Of a stretch of 64,000 bases of DNA, positions 59,501-64,000 are shown piece after piece (position 1 is the stretch's first letter; each line of letters begins with the position of its first letter). Source of the DNA: an uncultured Pelagibacteraceae bacterium (GTDB lineage Bacteria; Pseudomonadota; Alphaproteobacteria; Pelagibacterales; Pelagibacteraceae); NCBI GenBank assembly GCA_902555535.1, contig CACDTB010000002.1, forward strand, positions 6,108-70,107, in the 5' to 3' direction. The translations under genes were made by a program, and so were the position numbers. Below the pieces are notes generated by a model. The model saw only the letters and a list, made by a program, of their open reading frames with translations, searched no databases and was not told the DNA's origin.

Positions 59501-59531
59501 AAAAACCCCCGGAGTTGAAACTCTAGGGGTT
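59499..59531 (-). terminator. Intrinsic terminator of pnp
   Basis: Minus strand CCCCTAGAGT-TTCA-ACTCCGGGGG followed by U7. Confidence 0.8.
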
Positions 59532-59552
59532 AAAAATTTTTAATTAAATGAA

Positions 59553-61625
59553 TTATTCAGCTGCTTGTTTCATAGAAAGTTTAACCTTACCTCTATCGAA
59601 ACCAATAACTTTTACTTTTACTTCATCGCCTTCTTTTACAACGTCAGTAACTTTAGCTACCCTTTTATCTGCAAGTTCTGAAATGTGAACAAGTCCATCT
59701 TGTTTTCCTAAGAAATTAACAAATGCACCAAACTCCATAATCTTCATTACTTTACCTGAATAAATTTTATTTAATTCAGCTTTAGCAGTAATATCTTTGA
59801 TCATTTGCATAGCTATATTTCTAGACTCTTCATCTGGAGCAGCAACTGTTACAACTCCTTCATCATTTACATCAACTTTTGCACCTGATTTTTCAACAAT
59901 CTCTCTTATTGTTGCCCCACCTTTTCCAATCACAGCAGCAATATCTTTCTTATCAACATTAACTTGTTCCATTTTTGGAGTATGTTTTCCAACATCTGAT
60001 CTTGAAGCCGACAATGCTTTATTCATTTCACCTAAAATATGAACTCTTCCATCTTTAGCTTGACTTAATGCTTGCTCCATTATTTCAAATGTAATGCCTG
60101 TAATTTTAATATCCATTTGAAGAGAAGTAATTCCATCTTTAGTTCCAGCAACTTTAAAGTCCATATCACCTAAGTGATCCTCATCACCTAAAATATCTGA
60201 CAGGACACTAAAATCATTTCCTTCTTTAATTAATCCCATCGCAATACCCGCAACAGGTTCTTTAATTGGTACTCCAGCATCCATTAATGCTAAAGACGTT
60301 CCACAAACAGTAGCCATAGAAGATGAACCATTTGATTCTGTTATCTCTGAAACTACTCTAAAAGTATATGGAAAAGCCTCCTTTGTGGGTAATGAAGAAT
60401 TAATCGCTCTCCATGCTAATTTACCATGACCAATTTCTCTTCTTCCTGTTCCAATTCTTCCAGTTTCTCCAACTGAAAAAGGAGGAAAATTATAATGAAG
60501 CATGAACCTTTCTCTTTGCAATCCATCTAAACTTTCAATTCTCTGTTCATCATCAGAAGTTCCTAAGGTTGCAACCACTATTGCCTGAGTTTCCCCTCGC
60601 GTGAAAAGCGCAGAACCGTGAGCTCTTGGTAAAATACCAACCTCACACGAAATTGGCCTTACATCCGATAAACCTCTACCATCAATTCTATTTTTATTTT
60701 TTAGAATATCAGTTCTGACAATTGACTTTTCTAGATTTTTTAACTGACTGTTAACATCAAGATCTGTATAGTTTTCATCTTCCTCATAAAGCTTTTTAGC
60801 CTTGTCAGTAATCTCTGAAATTTGATTTGATCTATCTTGTTTGTCTCTCGTTGCAAAAGCTTTTTTAAGATCTTCTGTAAAAGATTCTTCAAGTTTTTTC
60901 TTAACTTCAGAGAGATCCTTCTTTTCAATAGTCCATTCTGGTTTTCTACATTCCTTTGCAAGTTCCTCTATCATTTCGATTACAGGAACGAAACCTTCAT
61001 GACCAAATTTAACTGCATTTAACATTTCTTCTTCTGTTAAACCACTTGCTTCAGACTCAACCATAAGCACAGCATCTTTTGTACCTGCCACGACTAAATC
61101 TAATTTTGATTTTTCTAATTCTGCTTTAGACGGATTTAAAACATACTTACCATCTATAAATCCAACTCTTGAGGCACCTACAGGACCCATAAATGGCATT
61201 CCTGATATTGCCAAAGCTGCTGAAGATGCAGTGATTGATAAAATATCTGGTTCATTTTCTTTATCGTATGAAATTACTGTTGGTAATAACTGTACTTCAT
61301 TTTTAAATTCATCTGGAAACAAAGGTCTAATTGGTCTGTCAATTAATCTAGAGATTAATGTTTCGCTCTCAGTTGGTCTTGCTTCTCTTTTAAAATATCC
61401 ACCTGGAATTTTTCCAGCTGCATAATATTTTTCTTGGTAATTTACAGATAGTGGAAAGTAATCCATATCAGGATTTACTTTTTTTGCTCCTACTACTGTT
61501 GCTAGTACGACTGTCTCTCCACATGTTGCGATTATTGCACCGTCTGCTTGTCTTGCTACTTTACCAGTTTCTAAACTTATTTTCTTTCCTGCTACTTCTA
61601 TTTCCTTTTTATATACTTTAAACAT
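59553..61625 (-). CDS. pnp: Polyribonucleotide nucleotidyltransferase
   Basis: [50 protein letters not shown] and S1 domains. Confidence 0.98.
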   Translation of the reverse strand: MFKVYKKEIEVAGKKISLETGKVARQADGAIIATCGETVVLATVVGAKKVNPDMDYFPLSVNYQEKYYAAGKIPGGYFKREARPTESETLISRLIDRPIRPLFPDEFKNEVQLLPTVISYDKENEPDILSITASSAALAISGMPFMGPVGASRVGFIDGKYVLNPSKAELEKSKLDLVVAGTKDAVLMVESEASGLTEEEMLNAVKFGHEGFVPVIEMIEELAKECRKPEWTIEKKDLSEVKKKLEESFTEDLKKAFATRDKQDRSNQISEITDKAKKLYEEDENYTDLDVNSQLKNLEKSIVRTDILKNKNRIDGRGLSDVRPISCEVGILPRAHGSALFTRGETQAIVVATLGTSDDEQRIESLDGLQRERFMLHYNFPPFSVGETGRIGTGRREIGHGKLAWRAINSSLPTKEAFPYTFRVVSEITESNGSSSMATVCGTSLALMDAGVPIKEPVAGIAMGLIKEGNDFSVLSDILGDEDHLGDMDFKVAGTKDGITSLQMDIKITGITFEIMEQALSQAKDGRVHILGEMNKALSASRSDVGKHTPKMEQVNVDKKDIAAVIGKGGATIREIVEKSGAKVDVNDEGVVTVAAPDEESRNIAMQMIKDITAKAELNKIYSGKVMKIMEFGAFVNFLGKQDGLVHISELADKRVAKVTDVVKEGDEVKVKVIGFDRGKVKLSMKQAAE

Positions 61626-61663
61626 TTCATTTCCATTTCGTTTCGTTCGTTTCGTTCCATTCT
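61623..61663 (-). repeat. Purine-rich short tandem repeats (GAAC/GAAAC/GAAAT) in the pnp leader
   Basis: Minus strand: AGAATG-GAAC-GAAAC-GAAC-GAAAC-GAAATG-GAAAT-GAAATG, the last ATG being the pnp start. Confidence 0.75.
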
Positions 61664-61676
61664 ATCTATTTGACTT

Positions 61677-61925
61677 CTATTTTCTTAAATTCAATTTTGA
61701 CAGTACATTTTTGTAAGAATCCATTTTATTTTTCTTAAGGTATTCTAACAATTTCTTCCTTCTATTTACCGCTCTCAACAATCCAACAGACGAATGTTTG
61801 TCTTTTTTGAATTTCTTAATATGCTTAGAGAGAGTTTCAATTTTTTCTGTTAGTAATGCAACCTGTATCTCAGAGGACCCTGTATCTTTTTCGTGCATTG
61901 CTAACTCTTGTGCCTTTTTATTCAT
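61677..61925 (-). CDS. rpsO: 30S ribosomal protein uS15
   Basis: DTGSSEIQVALLT, KDKHSSVGLL..VNRRKKLLEYL. Confidence 0.96.
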   Translation of the reverse strand: MNKKAQELAMHEKDTGSSEIQVALLTEKIETLSKHIKKFKKDKHSSVGLLRAVNRRKKLLEYLKKNKMDSYKNVLSKLNLRK

Positions 61926-61937
61926 ACTTCTTTTTTC

Positions 61938-62306
61938 CTATTTATTTGTTTGTTTTATTAAGTTTTCTATTTTTTCTGCATACTCAAAAGACTCGTCTTT
62001 TCTAAAAAGTAATTTTGGTAAAAATTTCATTTCCACTTTTTTGGATAAAATTTTTCTTATTAAAAATGAGTATTCTTTCAAAACATCAATAATTTCATCT
62101 GCATTTTTTCCTCCAAGTGGAAGAACATATGCTTTAGCGATTTTTAAATCTTGACTCATTCTCACCTCAGTAACAGTTATAGTGTTAGTTTCTAACTTTG
62201 GGACCTTAGCCTCATTTCTAATAAAAATCATGCTTAAAGACTGTTTAATCATCTCACCCACCCGAAGCTGTCTTTGAGAAATTGGTTTTCCTATTCTATC
62301 AGACAT
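61938..62306 (-). CDS. rbfA: Ribosome-binding factor A
   Basis: SQRQLRVGEMIK, ITVTEVRMSQDLKIAK, KFLPKLLF..DESF. Confidence 0.95.
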   Translation of the reverse strand: MSDRIGKPISQRQLRVGEMIKQSLSMIFIRNEAKVPKLETNTITVTEVRMSQDLKIAKAYVLPLGGKNADEIIDVLKEYSFLIRKILSKKVEMKFLPKLLFRKDESFEYAEKIENLIKQTNK

Positions 62307-64000
62307 TAGATTGACCTTTCTGTAGATGTAAGACTAAATGCTTCTATTGTATCATTTTTTTGGAAATCCATATAATCCTTAACAGTAATTCCACATTCTT
62401 GGCCATTGTTAACCTGTTTTACCTGGTTTTTTTCTCTAAATAAGGTTCCAACTTTGCCAGTATAAATAATTGCTCCATCTCTTATTATTCTCACATCTGA
62501 TGTGCTTGTAATTTCACCTTCAGTTATTTTTGATCCTGCAACTTTACCTGCACCAGAAACTTTAAATATTTCCAAAATTTGCGCTGTGCCCGTAATTGTT
62601 TCTTGAACATCAGGCGCCAATAATCCAGACATTCTTTGTTTAATAAAATCTAATACTTCATAAATTATATTATAAGAAGAAATTTTTATTTTTTCAATTT
62701 CAGCTAATTTTTTTGCTTCTTTACTTGGCTTAACATTAAATGCTATTAAAACTGCATTTGAAGCTTTTGCCAAAGTAACATCAGTTTCAGTTACCATGCC
62801 AATATCTGCTAAAATAATCTTTGGTTTTACCTCTTCATGTTTAATTTGACTAATTGCATTTTTAATTGCTTCAGATGATCCATGAACATCAGATTTAATT
62901 ATTAAGTTTAATTCTTCAGTAGACTTATCTGAAAATGCTGACTCTTGTGTTGCAAATGTTAGTGGATTTTTTCCATCTTTACTTTCTTGTGCTCTATTTG
63001 AGCTTAATGTTTTAGCTTCTTTTTCATTATCTAGAACAATAAAATCATCACCTGCTTTAGCTGCACCATTAATTCCTAATATCTCTACTGGAGTTGACGG
63101 TGAAGCCTCATCAACATTTTGCCCTTTATCGTTAATAATTGCTCTAATTTTTCCCCATCTCAAACCACTCACAAAGAAATCTCCTTTTTTTAAAGTTCCT
63201 GTAGTCACAATTATTGTTGCAACCGGTCCTCTTCCAACATCAATTTTAGATTCAAGAACAATGCCAGTTGATTTAGAGTCAAAATCAGTTTTAAGATCTA
63301 AAATTTCAGCTTGAAGAATTATCGCTTCTACTAATTTATCTAAATTCATTTTTGTTTTAGCCGATATTTCAACCATTAAAGTTTCTCCAGATAAATCTTC
63401 TGCAATTAGTTCATGTTCTAAAAGTTGATTTTTTATTTTTTGTGGATCTGCTTCTGGTAAATCACATTTATTAATTGCGACAACAATTGGAACATTTGCT
63501 GCTTTTGCATGTTTAATAGACTCTACAGTTTGAGGTTTTACTCCATCATCTGCAGCTACTACTAGCACAACAACGTCTGTTAATTTAGATCCTCTAGCTC
63601 TCATTTCAGTGAATGCAGCATGGCCTGGAGTATCAATAAAGGTTAGTTTATTTGAGTGACTTTCAATTTGATAAGCACCAATATGTTGCGTAATACCCCC
63701 AAATTCTCCTGACACAACGTTTGCACTTCTCAAAACATCAAGAACAGAGGTTTTACCATGATCTACATGACCCATAACAGTAACTATTGGTGGTCTATTT
63801 TTTAAATTTTCGACTCGAGTCGCTTTTATTTTTTGAATTATCTCCTCAGCTTTCTCTTCTCTAATCGGATTATGGCCAAACTCTTTGACTAAAAACTCTG
63901 CTGTATCTGATGCTAAAGTTTGGTTAATAGTAACAGTTACACCCATTTCAAATAAATATTTTATAACATTGCTCGATTGCTCGGCCATTCTATTAGCTAA
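62306..64000 (-). CDS. infB: Translation initiation factor IF-2, 3' part (start lies beyond the window)
   Basis: [35 protein letters not shown]; frame stays open to the window end (LANRMAEQ...). Confidence 0.98.
   Translation of the reverse strand, partial: LANRMAEQSSNVIKYLFEMGVTVTINQTLASDTAEFLVKEFGHNPIREEKAEEIIQKIKATRVENLKNRPPIVTVMGHVDHGKTSVLDVLRSANVVSGEFGGITQHIGAYQIESHSNKLTFIDTPGHAAFTEMRARGSKLTDVVVLVVAADDGVKPQTVESIKHAKAANVPIVVAINKCDLPEADPQKIKNQLLEHELIAEDLSGETLMVEISAKTKMNLDKLVEAIILQAEILDLKTDFDSKSTGIVLESKIDVGRGPVATIIVTTGTLKKGDFFVSGLRWGKIRAIINDKGQNVDEASPSTPVEILGINGAAKAGDDFIVLDNEKEAKTLSSNRAQESKDGKNPLTFATQESAFSDKSTEELNLIIKSDVHGSSEAIKNAISQIKHEEVKPKIILADIGMVTETDVTLAKASNAVLIAFNVKPSKEAKKLAEIEKIKISSYNIIYEVLDFIKQRMSGLLAPDVQETITGTAQILEIFKVSGAGKVAGSKITEGEITSTSDVRIIRDGAIIYTGKVGTLFREKNQVKQVNNGQECGITVKDYMDFQKNDTIEAFSLTSTERSI

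Noticed and set aside
61630-61662. CsrA binding sites (two AUGGAA) in the pnp leader
   Set aside because: CsrA/RsmA is generally absent from alphaproteobacteria and the GGA motifs are not in hairpin loops.
8849-62154. Many 60-130-aa ORFs nested in or antisense to long conserved genes (e.g. 11263, 13825, 21249, 25386, 30775, 33831, 48756, 54242, 59797, 61798)
   Set aside because: No recognisable motifs or SD; expected shadow frames of real genes.

Overview
A very AT-rich, tightly packed stretch of core chromosome. Gene content and order (gltD-gltB, irr next to fabA-fabB-fabI, ubiE-ubiB-coaBC-dut-moeB, helicase-fdxA-carD, argH-lipoprotein-lysA) indicate an alphaproteobacterium, most likely SAR11/Pelagibacterales (inferred, not database-checked). 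The window runs from the 5' end of gyrB to the 3' part of infB. It includes translation genes, glutamate synthase, an AceE/AceF pyruvate dehydrogenase, a TAXI-TRAP transporter, dnaA-dnaN, ubiquinone/CoA/fatty-acid genes, an Irr-rubrerythrin-FeS oxidoreductase-DUF3501 cluster and three tRNAs (Ser-GGA, Arg-ACG, Leu-CAA). I saw no CRISPR, IS element, prophage or rRNA. The most interesting locus is at 33.8-35.0 kb. There a CarD/CdnL protein carries a lysine-rich, histone-H1-like N-terminal arm and an acidic tail, and it converges on an uncalled 31-aa protamine-like ORF (22 of 31 residues K/R). That ORF has its own sigma70-like promoter, strong SD, terminator and a double-GANTC palindrome in its leader. 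A related GANTC array lies upstream of dnaA. Together these suggest, by inference, a methylation- or cell-cycle-linked nucleoid-compaction module. Two further uncalled small ORFs, two Irr (ICE) boxes, candidate operators upstream of gltD and an odd repetitive pnp leader are also reported.
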